Positions 25,130 through 35,203 of a stretch of DNA of 58,007 bases are shown here, piece after piece. Position 1 is the first letter of the stretch. Every line of letters begins with the position of its first letter. A program made the position numbers and the translations under genes. The stretch is from a virus (Duplodnaviria > Caudoviricetes), in IMG/VR virus record IMGVR_UViG_3300028588_000795, positions 1 through 58,007 of that record, one strand, 5' to 3'. The notes under the pieces are model-generated. The model did not search any database and had not been told where the DNA came from. It saw nothing but the letters and a program-made list of their open reading frames with translations.

Positions 25130-25476
25130 CGCAACAGAAAGCACTCCAGGCGCTGGGCCGGCTCAAGGTCGGCGCCATGAACAAGACCGAGGCCGCCTAC
25201 GCCGCCACGCTAGACCAGCGGCGTGCCGCCGGCGAGGTAGCCTGGTTCAAGTTCGAGGGGCTGAAATTCCGCCTGGCCGACAACACGTTCTACACGCCGG
25301 ACTTCGCCGTTATGCTTGCCGACGGGATGCTGGAGGCGCACGAGGTCAAGGGCTTCTGGCAGGACGATGCCCGCGCCAAGATCAAGATCGCGGCCGACCT
25401 GTACCCGCTGCGCTTCGTGGCCATCCGCGCGAAGCCGAAGAAGGAGGGCGGCGGCTGGGCAGTCGAGGAGTTCTAG
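25126..25476 (+). CDS. DUF1064-like PD-(D/E)XK endonuclease / resolvase
   Basis: MNKTEAAY, YTPDF, HEVKG. Confidence 0.8.
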   Translation: MTQQKALQALGRLKVGAMNKTEAAYAATLDQRRAAGEVAWFKFEGLKFRLADNTFYTPDFAVMLADGMLEAHEVKGFWQDDARAKIKIAADLYPLRFVAIRAKPKKEGGGWAVEEF

Positions 25477-26603
25477 CGCTTCTTTATTGGGGCAGAACTT
25501 TTTACGACCCTCTCCGGTGGAGGGGGCGTGCGCGGAATCCGTTTATTAGTTAGTTCTGATAAGCGCCTTATTTTATATTTTTCAAATATTTCTTTTGTCT
25601 TTTCCTCGCCATGCTTATCAATTAATATACCTGCAAGCTGGTCACTGATGTTCCGCCAGTTTTCTTGATTTTTCTGGCTAAGAAATTTTTCAGCATCCTG
25701 ATAAAGCATGGCTGCTCGGAGAAAGCTACTTACCCCAGGCCAGTTTTTGTAATGCTTCAGGTATTCGATAATAAAATTTTCAGATAACAGGCTTTGTAAG
25801 TCCTTTAGGCTTCTGATATCAAAAGCTTTTAGCTCCTCGAATAACCCCCAAGTCAATTGATCTTGGCTGAGATTGAATCCAAACATGGCGACCACATCCG
25901 GTATGCTGAGGATTAGCTCACTGAGACCGGCGGATGTCAGCTCTACATCCCGAAAATCCCCGGATTGTACGGCCGTCTTTGTTCGTTCCTTGTGAGCATC
26001 GACCTCGCGAGCTAAGGTATTAAACTCACGGTCGACAATCTCCAAGGTTCCCGCCAAAAGGTTTAAGCGGCGTTGAATCTCCAATGGAAGCTTTCCTGAG
26101 AATTTGTAACTCCGGTCGTGCTCGATTTCAGCCCAAGCGTGTTGAAGCACAGTTCTGACCTGAACCTCGAACGTTATGCCGTTGTACTGCCTCAATTCGG
26201 GAAGTGATACTCGAGCTTTTCCGAGTTCGCAAATATAATGAACCGATCGATATCCAATCTCGTTGATTTGCAGCTCCGACGATTTATCAATGCTTTTGTC
26301 TTGATGAATTTGAAACGAGTTTGAAATTAAGGCACAAATTCTATCGACATCTGACTCTATATAAGCAATTATTCGAACTCCGCAAATGTCTGTTAGCTCC
26401 TCAGTCGTCTGGTAGCCTTTTCGCTCAAGCTTATTGAGGATGCTCTCAAGAGCTTTTGTCCGAGCATGCACGCCTAAATGGTCAATGTTTTCCGATTTAA
26501 GCAGATTCGATATGGTTGTTGTTACTACATCACTAAGGCTGCGATATATATCAGAATTTTTGCGGTACCACTCGGCTGCATTAGCTGGCGTGATTTCACT
26601 CAT
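25473..26603 (-). CDS. RelA/SpoT-domain nucleotidyltransferase (small alarmone synthetase-like) with unknown C-terminal domain; moron
   Basis: RTK..SILNKLERK, DICGVRI, GYRSVHY, EVQVRTVLQHAWAEIEHD..YK; AT-rich and antisense. Confidence 0.9.
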   Translation of the reverse strand: MSEITPANAAEWYRKNSDIYRSLSDVVTTTISNLLKSENIDHLGVHARTKALESILNKLERKGYQTTEELTDICGVRIIAYIESDVDRICALISNSFQIHQDKSIDKSSELQINEIGYRSVHYICELGKARVSLPELRQYNGITFEVQVRTVLQHAWAEIEHDRSYKFSGKLPLEIQRRLNLLAGTLEIVDREFNTLAREVDAHKERTKTAVQSGDFRDVELTSAGLSELILSIPDVVAMFGFNLSQDQLTWGLFEELKAFDIRSLKDLQSLLSENFIIEYLKHYKNWPGVSSFLRAAMLYQDAEKFLSQKNQENWRNISDQLAGILIDKHGEEKTKEIFEKYKIRRLSELTNKRIPRTPPPPERVVKSSAPIKKR

Positions 26604-26804
26604 GTTTATTCAACGTGGATGCAAGAAATTGGTTTTCTACAAGAGTACTCTCATAATATCATGACTTTTATATAACTATCATGAGAGCTTGTAATAAATA
26701 GTAATGCGCAGCTACAACACGTTGTCATTTGGAAAATGTCGGGGCAGCCCTTAAATTTCCAGGGTGCATGATAGGCTTGCTCAGCTATATAACTGGAGCC
26801 TGCC

Positions 26805-27233
26805 ATGTCGTTCGCCGTCACCCTCAATCTGCCGTATGCCGCAACTCTTCGCCGCGCACCGAAAGAGAAGCCGGCGAATCAAGCGTTTGGCCAGGTCGAT
26901 CCGTATGTCACTCTGATGGCGTGCTGGGTCGACTACATGCGCACCGATGATCGCGACCTGGGCGCCGGCGGTATGAAGCTGGCAAGCGATGCGCCGGCCG
27001 AGAAGGATGTGCACGAGCAGCAGCGCGCGGCCGACCTTAAGATCGGCGAAGCAGTCAACGCCATGGTGGACAGCCTGACGATCCAGCATCGCTGGGCGAT
27101 CTACAAGAGCCAGCGCCTGTCGGCAGTGTGGCGGTTCCCGAATGCGAACTACGACGAGGTGTTGATGGCGGCGGGCGACGAGCTTGAGCAAAAGCTGAAA
27201 AAGAACGTTGCAACTCGGCTGTACTTCTCGTAA
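26805..27233 (+). CDS. Q-like late antiterminator
   Basis: Position just before the late promoter/terminator; helical C-terminus AVNAMVDSL. Confidence 0.6.
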   Translation: MSFAVTLNLPYAATLRRAPKEKPANQAFGQVDPYVTLMACWVDYMRTDDRDLGAGGMKLASDAPAEKDVHEQQRAADLKIGEAVNAMVDSLTIQHRWAIYKSQRLSAVWRFPNANYDEVLMAAGDELEQKLKKNVATRLYFS

Positions 27234-27236
27234 ACT
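27208..27236 (+). promoter_or_regulatory. pR'-like late promoter
   Basis: TTGCAA-17bp-TAAACT at the 3' end of the Q-like gene. Confidence 0.65.
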
Positions 27237-27267
27237 GCGAGCACTGGGTGACTTCGCTCGTCCAGAG

Positions 27268-27300
27268 AAAAGCCCGAACTGTCAAACGTTCGGGCTTTTT
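27268..27300 (+). terminator. tR'-like intrinsic terminator
   Basis: AAAAGCCCGAAC-8nt-GTTCGGGCTTTTT. Confidence 0.8.
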
Positions 27301-27632
27301 GCGTTTACGGCCCACTTAGCGGATGGCTCTGGGGTGCGTGCGGCGAGCGAATCCAACCCGTCCTCATTCCACCCCACTACGGAGGCGTCATGAAAGAAGG
27401 CACCGGCATCGCTTAATTGACCTGACCTGGTCATCACATAGAAGCGCGACGAAACGCGCACGGGATCACAGTTGCCCGATGAGTGCCGGAGTTCCTGCCC
27501 GGCGATACTCAGAAGACGGCACCACACGCACACGGAATACGCCCTGGCATCGGCCAGAACAGACGAGCGCCGCCCGAGCGCGCCACGTCGCCGGACGCTG
27601 TTACCGGCAATCTCCATCAAACGAGGATCACC

Positions 27633-27770
27633 ATGCGCTACCAAGCACGCTGGAGCAACGGCTTCTGGAAGACCTTCGACCGCGAGCGCTTCATGGACGT
27701 CGAAACGCACCCGACCCAGAAGGTTGCGGAAGACGCCGTCGCTGCGATGAACGTCACCCGCCGCAAATAA
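27633..27770 (+). CDS. 45-aa hypothetical protein
   Basis: GAGGA RBS; MRYQARWSNGFWKTFD. Confidence 0.6.
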   Translation: MRYQARWSNGFWKTFDRERFMDVETHPTQKVAEDAVAAMNVTRRK

Positions 27771-27973
27771 GGACCCAGCCTGGTATATGCCAGGCGCCAC
27801 ATGGCTGCACGTTCAGCTCGACTGGTCGTCGACTTGAATTCCCTCAACTGCTGAGCGGTCAGCCATGTGGCGAGGAATGCGCGTTACGGCGCGCAGCGGA
27901 TCTGCACCGTGACTTAGCCGGCCCTTGCAACCGGCCGCCACAACCCTGTCTCCTCCAGTGAAAGCTGGATTTC

Positions 27974-28008
27974 GCCGCCTGTCGCAGCAATGCGCCGGCG
28001 GCTTTTTT
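27974..28008 (+). terminator. Intrinsic terminator
   Basis: GCCGCC...GGCGGC-TTTTTT. Confidence 0.7.
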
Positions 28009-28021
28009 ATTTGAGGTGCTC

Positions 28022-28237
28022 ATGAAGAAGGTCGTCATCAAAGCAAGCTCGCTGCCGCCACGCCTGCCGGTCACGTTTGGCGCGGTGGTCTGGCTGCTGC
28101 TGGATCGCTTCAGCGCACCCGAGTGGGCATTTGGCGCATTCTGGGCTTTGGCTGCGCTGCTCGCCGCCAGCTTCATCTATGGGCTCCATAATTCGGAACT
28201 CAAGGATGTGCCCGGTTTCGGCGAACGCAAATCATGA
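28022..28237 (+). CDS. Small 2-TM membrane protein
   Basis: GAGGT RBS; two hydrophobic segments. Confidence 0.65.
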   Translation: MKKVVIKASSLPPRLPVTFGAVVWLLLDRFSAPEWAFGAFWALAALLAASFIYGLHNSELKDVPGFGERKS

Positions 28238-28322
28238 GCGTCGAAGCCGAGTTGGCCTGGCTGCGCTTCATGGCACAGGTGCGGCACGAAGACGCGGTCG
28301 TTGATCGCATGAGGGCAGCAGC

Positions 28323-28628
28323 ATGAGCAAGATCACCAACATCTACCAAGCCGAGATCCTGCGCGCCGTGCTGGGCCCGAATGCCCATATCGGCAAGGTT
28401 GCCAACCCGACCCGCCTGCGCGAGATCGCCGAGCACCTAGCTGACAGCGAGCTGGCCCAGTCCGCGCTGCAGGCCAAAGGCTACGGGCGCGGCAGCCGGT
28501 CCTTCCTCGAGCTGACGCGCGAGGTCCCGAATAACGTCCGCAACATGATCAAGAGCCTCTTCGCCCCGCGCACGCCGGTGAGCTACCCGAGCCTGGGCGA
28601 GGCGGGCGACAGCTGGAGCGCGCAATGA
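28323..28628 (+). CDS. Hypothetical protein
   Basis: Coupled ORF. Confidence 0.65.
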   Translation: MSKITNIYQAEILRAVLGPNAHIGKVANPTRLREIAEHLADSELAQSALQAKGYGRGSRSFLELTREVPNNVRNMIKSLFAPRTPVSYPSLGEAGDSWSAQ

Positions 28629-28981
28629 AACCGATCATGGGACATCAGATCAGCAAGCAGCTAACCGAAGCGCTCGGTCTACCGCCGATGACGCGCGGCT
28701 TCACGCTGCGCTGCTACACCGGCCAGGCCGTGACAGTCGAATGCGAGTACTACCCGCATGGCAGCTTTGAGCCGGCCCTGGCGCAGTATCACCTGGTGCC
28801 GAATGCTGACGCGACGATCACGCCGCGCCTGGACTTCGACGCCATGATGCGCGACCGCACCGAGCGTGCGCACCGCGAGTTCATGCGCCGCACGTCCTGC
28901 CTGCCGGCGGGCCGTGACCTGCGCCCGACGACAGAGCAGATTGCGCGGTTCCACTGTCCTTCCATCGGCTTCGTCGACTGA
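28625..28981 (+). CDS. Hypothetical protein
   Basis: ATGA coupling. Confidence 0.6.
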   Translation: MKPIMGHQISKQLTEALGLPPMTRGFTLRCYTGQAVTVECEYYPHGSFEPALAQYHLVPNADATITPRLDFDAMMRDRTERAHREFMRRTSCLPAGRDLRPTTEQIARFHCPSIGFVD

Positions 28982-28983
28982 CC

Positions 28984-29307
28984 ATGCCCAAGCTTCAGAC
29001 TCTCAAGCCGCGCCTGCAGGCCGCAGGCAGCCGCCTGCCTGCGCTTGTGCCTACTCGGTCCGACACGGTCGAGCGCGTGCGCGGGTGGCGAGGCGTCAAG
29101 GACCGGGACCGCATTCGCGAGCGTGACTGCGGCCTGTGCCAGGAATGCCTGCGCCAAGGCCGCACGTCTGTCGGCGTGGCGGTCGACCACAAGAAGCCGC
29201 TGTGGGATTGCGGCAGCGACGACGACTCGAACAAGGAACTGCTCTGCCAGCCCTGCCATGACGCCAAGTCGGCGCGCGAGGCACGTGCACGGGCGAAGGG
29301 ATACTGA
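28984..29307 (+). CDS. HNH endonuclease (terminase-associated)
   Basis: RDCGLCQEC..VDHKKPL..N..LCQPCHDAKS, upstream of terS. Confidence 0.9.
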   Translation: MPKLQTLKPRLQAAGSRLPALVPTRSDTVERVRGWRGVKDRDRIRERDCGLCQECLRQGRTSVGVAVDHKKPLWDCGSDDDSNKELLCQPCHDAKSAREARARAKGY

Positions 29308-29592
29308 ATGCAGCCGATCAAAGTGAACACCGAACGCGTCGACAAGACCGTTCATCACGTGGCGCTGTCGCATGAGCAACTCGAAGCGCTGGTGTTGGAT
29401 GCAGTGGCCAAGGCCGCAGGCGTCACCATCGACAGGCGCATCGTCCGCGTCAGGCAATGCTATCTGAGCAGCAGGATGGGCAGCATCGGCACCGAGTTCT
29501 CGGCCACCTGCACCATCGAGGTCGATCACCAGGCTGAGCCAGTCGAGTCGGCCGCTTCGCCGCCCTGCCGCCCCGCCGCGCCGCAGGGGTAG
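29308..29592 (+). CDS. Hypothetical protein
   Basis: ORF abutting the HNH gene. Confidence 0.55.
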   Translation: MQPIKVNTERVDKTVHHVALSHEQLEALVLDAVAKAAGVTIDRRIVRVRQCYLSSRMGSIGTEFSATCTIEVDHQAEPVESAASPPCRPAAPQG

Positions 29593-29660
29593 GGGGTGTT
29601 GAAAGTCTAGCAACCTTTGCGGACCGACACCGCACTGTCTCTCACGCACAGAAAAAAGTC
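29586..29660. other. Probable cos/packaging initiation region
   Basis: GGGGTAGGGGG..AAAGTCT..GACACCGC layout between HNH and terS, typical of HK97-like cos phages; exact cut site not determined. Confidence 0.5.
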
Positions 29661-29679
29661 CCCCTGGAGGAAATTGTTA

Positions 29680-30117
29680 ATGGCTTTAACAGGCAAAAAG
29701 CGAGCCTTCGCCGATGCCGTTTTGGCCGGGTTCTCGAATAAGGAAGCGGCGATTCGCGCCGGCTTTAGTGAAAAAACTGCATCGGCTGCCGGGTCGCGAA
29801 ATGTTAAAGACCCGGATGTTAAAGCCTACCTCGACGCCCACCGGAAAAACGCCGACGGCGCCGGGTCGAAATCGCCGCCGGCGAAGTTCGTGCCACTGGA
29901 TGAGGCGATCGACATCCCTCCCACTGCCGACCCGGTTGAGTTCCTCACCAAGGTCATGAACGAGCCTGCCGCAGACCTGCGGCTCCGGATCGACGCAGCC
30001 AAGGCGATGCTGCCGTTCAAGCACAAAAAGCTGGGCGAGGGCGGTAAAAAGGATGAGAAGGATGCAGCCGCGAAGAAGGCGGCCACCGGGCGCTTTGGAC
30101 TGAGGGTCGTGTCATGA
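29680..30117 (+). CDS. terS: Terminase small subunit
   Basis: LTGKKRAFA..AAIRAGFSEKTA HTH; GGAGG RBS. Confidence 0.9.
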   Translation: MALTGKKRAFADAVLAGFSNKEAAIRAGFSEKTASAAGSRNVKDPDVKAYLDAHRKNADGAGSKSPPAKFVPLDEAIDIPPTADPVEFLTKVMNEPAADLRLRIDAAKAMLPFKHKKLGEGGKKDEKDAAAKKAATGRFGLRVVS

Positions 30118-31790
30118 CTGAGTGGACGACCGCGCTGCCTGATTGGGAGCGGCGCATTGTGGCGCGCAAGTCGCTGGTGCCCGTTAAACCGCTGTTCCCA
30201 GATGAGGCCGAGGACGCAATGAGCGTGTTCTCGGCCCTGCGCATGGTCGACGCCGACGGCAGCCCAACCATGGGCGAGGCGTGCCAGCCCTGGGTGACCG
30301 ACCTGGTGGAGGCGCTGTTCGGCGCGTATGACCGAAAGCGCAAGCGACGGCTCATCACGAACTACTTCCTGATGGTCTCGAAGAAAAATGGCAAATCGAT
30401 GATCGCGGCAGCTGTGATGCTGACCGCATTAATCCTCAACACGCGCCAGGCCGGCGAGTTCATCATTCTAGCTCCAACCAAAGAGGCGGCTGACAACGCA
30501 TACAAGCCGATCCGCGAGATGATCCTCGCCGACGGCGAGCTTGAAGATCGGTTCCAAGAGCAGCAGCACATCAAAACCGTTACGTGCCGCCTTACACGGG
30601 CAACCTTGAAGGTCGTGGCTGCCGACTCGGCGACGGTGACCGGCAAGAAGGCCATCGGCGTGTTCGTCGACGAGCTGTGGGAATTCGGCAAGCACGCCAA
30701 GGCGGCGGCAATGCTCACCGAGGCAACTGGCGGGATTACGTCGCGGCCCGAAGGCTTCGTGTTTTATTGCACAACCCAGTCCGACGCGCCGCCAGCTGGT
30801 GTCTTCCTCGACAAGCTGAGCTACGCGCGCAAGGTGCGAGACGGAATAGTCGTCGATCCGCGCTTCCTTCCCGTGATCTATGAATTCCCTGAGCGGATGC
30901 TCAAGGAAAAGGCCTATGAGGACCTTGAGAACGCATACATCACGAACCCCAATTGGGGAATCTCCGTTGATGCTGAAGTGATCGCTCAAAAGATCCAGGA
31001 GGCACAGGAGTCGGGCGAGCACGCCGTTCGGGATGTGCGCGCCAAGCACTTGAACGTCCAGATCGGAATGAGCATGCGTGCCGACCGCTGGACGGGCGCG
31101 GATTTTTGGGAAAAGCAAGCGAAGGTGCCGGGGCTGACGCTTGAGCAGCTACTTGAGCGCAGTGAGGTTGTCACCGTCGGCATTGACGGCGGCGGCCTGG
31201 ACGACCTGCTGGGGCTTGCTGCTGTGGGTCGCGAGCGCGGCACCGGTAAGTGGCTAGCCTGGACTCGCGCCTGGGCGCACCCGATTGCGATCGAGCGGCG
31301 CAAGAGCGAGGAAAGCAGATACGAAGGCTTCAGGCGGCAGGGCGACCTGGTCATCATCGAGGAGCTACCTGGCGATGTCGCCGAGGTGGCGGCCATCGTC
31401 AAGCAAATCCACGAATCCGGGCTGCTAGCCTCTGTCGGCCTGGATCCGGAGAAGACCCACAAGGTTATGTTTCAGGCATTGGTTGATGCTGGCATTCCTG
31501 AGGAGATCTGTTTTGGCATTTCGCAGGGCTGGAAGCTGATTGGCGCAATCAGCGTCGCGGAGCGAAAGCTTGCCGAGGGAATCCTCCTTCATGGCGGCCA
31601 GGATCTCATGGCCTGGTGCGTCAGTAACGCCAAGGTCGAGCCCCGGGGGAATGCGGCGCTGATCACCAAGCAAGCATCCGGCACCGGAAAGATCGATCCG
31701 CTGATGGCGCTGTTCAATGCTGTCCAATTGATGGCCCTTAATCCAGCGGCAGCTTCGAACGAAATCACCCAGGGCTTCGTCGTCCTATAA
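30114..31790 (+). CDS. terL: Terminase large subunit
   Basis: Walker A KKNGKS, Walker B FVDELW, GIDGGGLDDL, KIDPLMA. Confidence 0.95.
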   Translation: MTEWTTALPDWERRIVARKSLVPVKPLFPDEAEDAMSVFSALRMVDADGSPTMGEACQPWVTDLVEALFGAYDRKRKRRLITNYFLMVSKKNGKSMIAAAVMLTALILNTRQAGEFIILAPTKEAADNAYKPIREMILADGELEDRFQEQQHIKTVTCRLTRATLKVVAADSATVTGKKAIGVFVDELWEFGKHAKAAAMLTEATGGITSRPEGFVFYCTTQSDAPPAGVFLDKLSYARKVRDGIVVDPRFLPVIYEFPERMLKEKAYEDLENAYITNPNWGISVDAEVIAQKIQEAQESGEHAVRDVRAKHLNVQIGMSMRADRWTGADFWEKQAKVPGLTLEQLLERSEVVTVGIDGGGLDDLLGLAAVGRERGTGKWLAWTRAWAHPIAIERRKSEESRYEGFRRQGDLVIIEELPGDVAEVAAIVKQIHESGLLASVGLDPEKTHKVMFQALVDAGIPEEICFGISQGWKLIGAISVAERKLAEGILLHGGQDLMAWCVSNAKVEPRGNAALITKQASGTGKIDPLMALFNAVQLMALNPAAASNEITQGFVVL

Positions 31791-31798
31791 GGAGCACT

Positions 31799-33085
31799 AT
31801 GGAACTATTCGATGCGCTGGCCGCCACTCAGCACTGGCGGCAGGAGCCCGCGCGTCGCGAGGAGCCGCAAGTCTCTAACCAGACGCAATATCCCGCTGAC
31901 GTCATGGAGGCGTTCGGCGTCGCGCCGTCCGGCACGACCGTTTCCGCCACCTCAGCCATGCGCGTGTCGGCCGCGGCGGCCTGCGTCGCGAAAATCGCCG
32001 GCGCCCTGGTCAGCATGCCGATCAACGAATTCTCGCTCGACGGCGGCGCCATCCCGGCGATGCTGCCGCGCAACGAAACGTGGTATCTGCTGAATGAGCA
32101 GCCGAGCCCGCAATACACCGCGGCCTCGATGTGGGAGGGTGTCAGCCTGGCGCAGCTACTGCGCGGCGATGCCTTCGGCCTACTGCGCTGGCGCATGAAT
32201 GGCTCGCTACGCGAGATCTTGCCACTCCCCTGGGGATGCGTCTCACCGATTCGCACGCCTGGCGAGGGTGTTCGCTACTATGTGAACTCGCCTGCCCACG
32301 GCATCTGCACCTGGGTTGAGCCCTCGGACATCCTCCATTTTCCGGGCCTGGGCTTCGACGATTCGACCATGCGATCGATGTCGGTTATCCAGTTCGGCGC
32401 GCGCGCCGCGATTGGCAACGCGCTGGCCATGGATGAGTACAGCGGCAAGTTCTTCGAGGGCGGCGCGCACCCGTCGATCATTCTGACCTCCGACAAGAAG
32501 ATGGACGAGGGGCAGGTGAGGGCGATGCAGGCCGCGTTTGCGAGTCGTTACGCTGGCCTGGCCAATGCCCATCGTCTGCCGCTGGTGCTGACCGAGGGCG
32601 TCTCGGCCAAAGAGCTGAGCCTATCCGCCGAAGACGCGCAGCTGCTCGAGGCTCGCAAGTTCCAGGTAATGGACATCGCCCGCGCGTTCGGCGTGCCGGG
32701 CTTCATGATCAACGAATCGACCGGCTCTACCAGCTGGGGCACCGGCCTGGAGTCGATCGGTCGCGCCTTCGTCCAGTACACCCTGAACCCCTGGCTTCGC
32801 AAGATCGAGCAGGAGCTGAACCGCAAGCTCTACCCGCGGAACAACGGCCGCTTCCTCGAGTTCCAGCGCGAGGCGCTGTACGAGGGTGACATCAAGGCTC
32901 AGGCCGAGGCAGATCGCGCCGCGCTGGGCGGACCTGGCGCCGGCGACGGCTGGAAGACGATGAACGAAGTACGGCGCGCACGGCGCCTGCCGCCGATCGC
33001 CGGCGGCGACGAGATCTACCGCGCGCCGCGCGACCCCGGCAAAAAGCCCGATCAACCGCAACCCGAAGGCAAGTCAGCCGAATGA
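31799..33085 (+). CDS. HK97-family portal protein
   Basis: LLNEQP, LLRGDAF, IARAFGVP, IEQELNRKL, NEVRR. Confidence 0.95.
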   Translation: MELFDALAATQHWRQEPARREEPQVSNQTQYPADVMEAFGVAPSGTTVSATSAMRVSAAAACVAKIAGALVSMPINEFSLDGGAIPAMLPRNETWYLLNEQPSPQYTAASMWEGVSLAQLLRGDAFGLLRWRMNGSLREILPLPWGCVSPIRTPGEGVRYYVNSPAHGICTWVEPSDILHFPGLGFDDSTMRSMSVIQFGARAAIGNALAMDEYSGKFFEGGAHPSIILTSDKKMDEGQVRAMQAAFASRYAGLANAHRLPLVLTEGVSAKELSLSAEDAQLLEARKFQVMDIARAFGVPGFMINESTGSTSWGTGLESIGRAFVQYTLNPWLRKIEQELNRKLYPRNNGRFLEFQREALYEGDIKAQAEADRAALGGPGAGDGWKTMNEVRRARRLPPIAGGDEIYRAPRDPGKKPDQPQPEGKSAE

Positions 33086-33867
33086 GCAAAATTCTCCAAC
33101 TGTACCGCGACAACGCCAAGCGTTCGCCGCAGCCGGTCAACCTGGTGCGCAATGCCGGCGAGGCCTCGCTCTACATCTACGACGTGATCGATGCGTACTG
33201 GGGCGTCAGCGCCGTCAACGTGATCGACGCCGTGACCCAGGCCGGCGACGCCGAGGTCCTGCACGTCTACATCAACAGCCCGGGCGGCGACGTGTTCGAG
33301 GGTCGCGCCATCATGGCTGCGCTGGCACGCTTCAACGGCAAGACCATCGCGCACATCGACAGCCTGTGCGCGAGCGCTGCAACCAGCATCGCGCTGGCCT
33401 GCAGCGAGGTCGAGATGTCCGACGGCGCCTTCTTCATGATCCACAACGCGAGCTGCATCGCGTGGGGCGACAAGGGCGCGCTGCGCGAGCAGGCGAACGT
33501 GCTGGAAAAGATCGAAGGCGCGATCGTCGCCGACTACACCGCCAAGACCGGCAAGGACGAAGCCGAAATCGTGGCCTGGATGGATGCGGAGACCTGGTTC
33601 TCGGCCGCCGAGGCGCTCGAAAACGGCTTCGTCGATCGCGTCACCGAGGCGCCGGCCGGCAAGGCCAAGGCCAGCAACGTCTGGAACCTCGCAGCTTACT
33701 CGCGTGCGCCGGCCAATGTGGCCGCACCTGTGGCGCCGCCGAAGCCCGCGCCAGTCGCTGCACCTGAGCCGCAGCCGGTCGCTGAGCCGCCCGCGCCCGA
33801 TCCGGTCGTCAACTCAATGACCCAGGCGAACCGCAACCGCCTCGCACTGCTTCAAGCAACTTCGTAA
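33082..33867 (+). CDS. ClpP-like head maturation protease
   Basis: INSPGGDVF, CASAATSI, FMIHNA, ETWFSAAEALENGF. Confidence 0.95.
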   Translation: MSKILQLYRDNAKRSPQPVNLVRNAGEASLYIYDVIDAYWGVSAVNVIDAVTQAGDAEVLHVYINSPGGDVFEGRAIMAALARFNGKTIAHIDSLCASAATSIALACSEVEMSDGAFFMIHNASCIAWGDKGALREQANVLEKIEGAIVADYTAKTGKDEAEIVAWMDAETWFSAAEALENGFVDRVTEAPAGKAKASNVWNLAAYSRAPANVAAPVAPPKPAPVAAPEPQPVAEPPAPDPVVNSMTQANRNRLALLQATS

Positions 33868-33952
33868 CGCTTCTCGCGCTACACCCGCCGAGGCCGGACG
33901 CCTCGCCCTCCCGGGAGCCCAAGCGGCTCCCTTTTTCATTTCAAGGATACAC

Positions 33953-35152
33953 ATGACCATCCAGCAACTGCGCGAGAAGATTGCCAACCTCGCGGTCCAG
34001 GCAAACCAGCTGCTCGCCGACAAGGGCGATCAGGTCTGGACGCCGGAAGAGCAGGCCAAGTTCGACGGCTTCGCAAACCAGATCCACGACGCGAAGGCGC
34101 AAATCAAGAATCTCGAAACCATGCGCGAGCTGGAAGCCGAGAAGTACTTCAACGACGCGACCCGCAAGCCGCAGCCGGCTGCTGGCGGCGACGTCGAGAT
34201 CAGCGCCCTGGTCGCCGTCGCGCTGTACATGCGCCACGGCTCGAACGTCACCGCAGAACAGGCCGCGGCGATCCGGAACGCCATGTCGACCACCACCCCG
34301 GCGGAAGGCGGTTACACGGTGCCGGCCGAAGTCGCCAAGATGGTGATCGATCGCCTGAAAGCCTTCGGCGGCATGCGTGACGTTGCGACCGTGCTGACCA
34401 CCGAGACCGGCCACGCGATGAACTTCCCGACCAGCGACGGCACCAGCGAGATCGGCGAGATCGTGGCGGAAAACGGCTCGGCTGGCAGCGGCGACGTCAC
34501 CTTCGGCACCGTGGCGCTGCCGGTGTTCAAGTATTCGTCGAAGCAGATCGCCCTGCCGCTGGAGCTGATCCAGGACAGCGCGATCGACGTCGTCGCCTTC
34601 GTGGTCAACCGCCTGGCGACCCGCATCGCGCGTATCCAGAACATGCACCAGACCATCGGCACCGGCAGCGGCCAGCCGCTGGGTATCATTCCCGCATCGA
34701 CCGTCGGCAAGGTCGGCGCCACCGGCCAGACGGCCACCGTCACCTATGGCGACCTGGTCGACGTCAAGCACTCGGTGAACCGCGCCTACCGCGGCAGCGC
34801 CCGCTGGATGATGAATGACCTCAGCGTGGCATCGCTGTCGAAGCTGGTCGACACTGTCGGCCGTCCGATCTGGATCCCGGCGGTCACCGAAGGCGCGCCG
34901 GACCTGCTGCTGGGCAAGCCGATCGCCATCAACGACGACGTGCCCGCCATGGCGGCGAATGCCAAGTCGATCGCGTTCGGCGACCTGTCGCAGTACTTCA
35001 TCCGCGACGTGTCGAACTCGACCACCATGCGCCGCTTCGACGACTCGGCCTTCGCCCTGAAGGGCCAGGTCGGTTTCTGCGGCTGGACCCGCTCCGGCGG
35101 CAACCTGCTCGACACCGCGGCCGTGCGTCTGTACCAGAACAGCGCGACCTGA
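33953..35152 (+). CDS. HK97-fold major capsid protein with delta domain
   Basis: GGYTVP, ELIQDS, LLGKPI, FGDLSQY. Confidence 0.95.
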   Translation: MTIQQLREKIANLAVQANQLLADKGDQVWTPEEQAKFDGFANQIHDAKAQIKNLETMRELEAEKYFNDATRKPQPAAGGDVEISALVAVALYMRHGSNVTAEQAAAIRNAMSTTTPAEGGYTVPAEVAKMVIDRLKAFGGMRDVATVLTTETGHAMNFPTSDGTSEIGEIVAENGSAGSGDVTFGTVALPVFKYSSKQIALPLELIQDSAIDVVAFVVNRLATRIARIQNMHQTIGTGSGQPLGIIPASTVGKVGATGQTATVTYGDLVDVKHSVNRAYRGSARWMMNDLSVASLSKLVDTVGRPIWIPAVTEGAPDLLLGKPIAINDDVPAMAANAKSIAFGDLSQYFIRDVSNSTTMRRFDDSAFALKGQVGFCGWTRSGGNLLDTAAVRLYQNSAT

Positions 35153-35203
35153 TCGTAATCGGCGGCCGGCCGCGCGCCGGCTGCCATCACCGGAGAAGCC
35201 AGC

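Noticed and set aside
27300-27950. Possible tRNA genes in the late leader
   Set aside because: No convincing cloverleaf with T-loop GTTCRA and matching acceptor stem found by eye; tRNAscan-SE would settle it.
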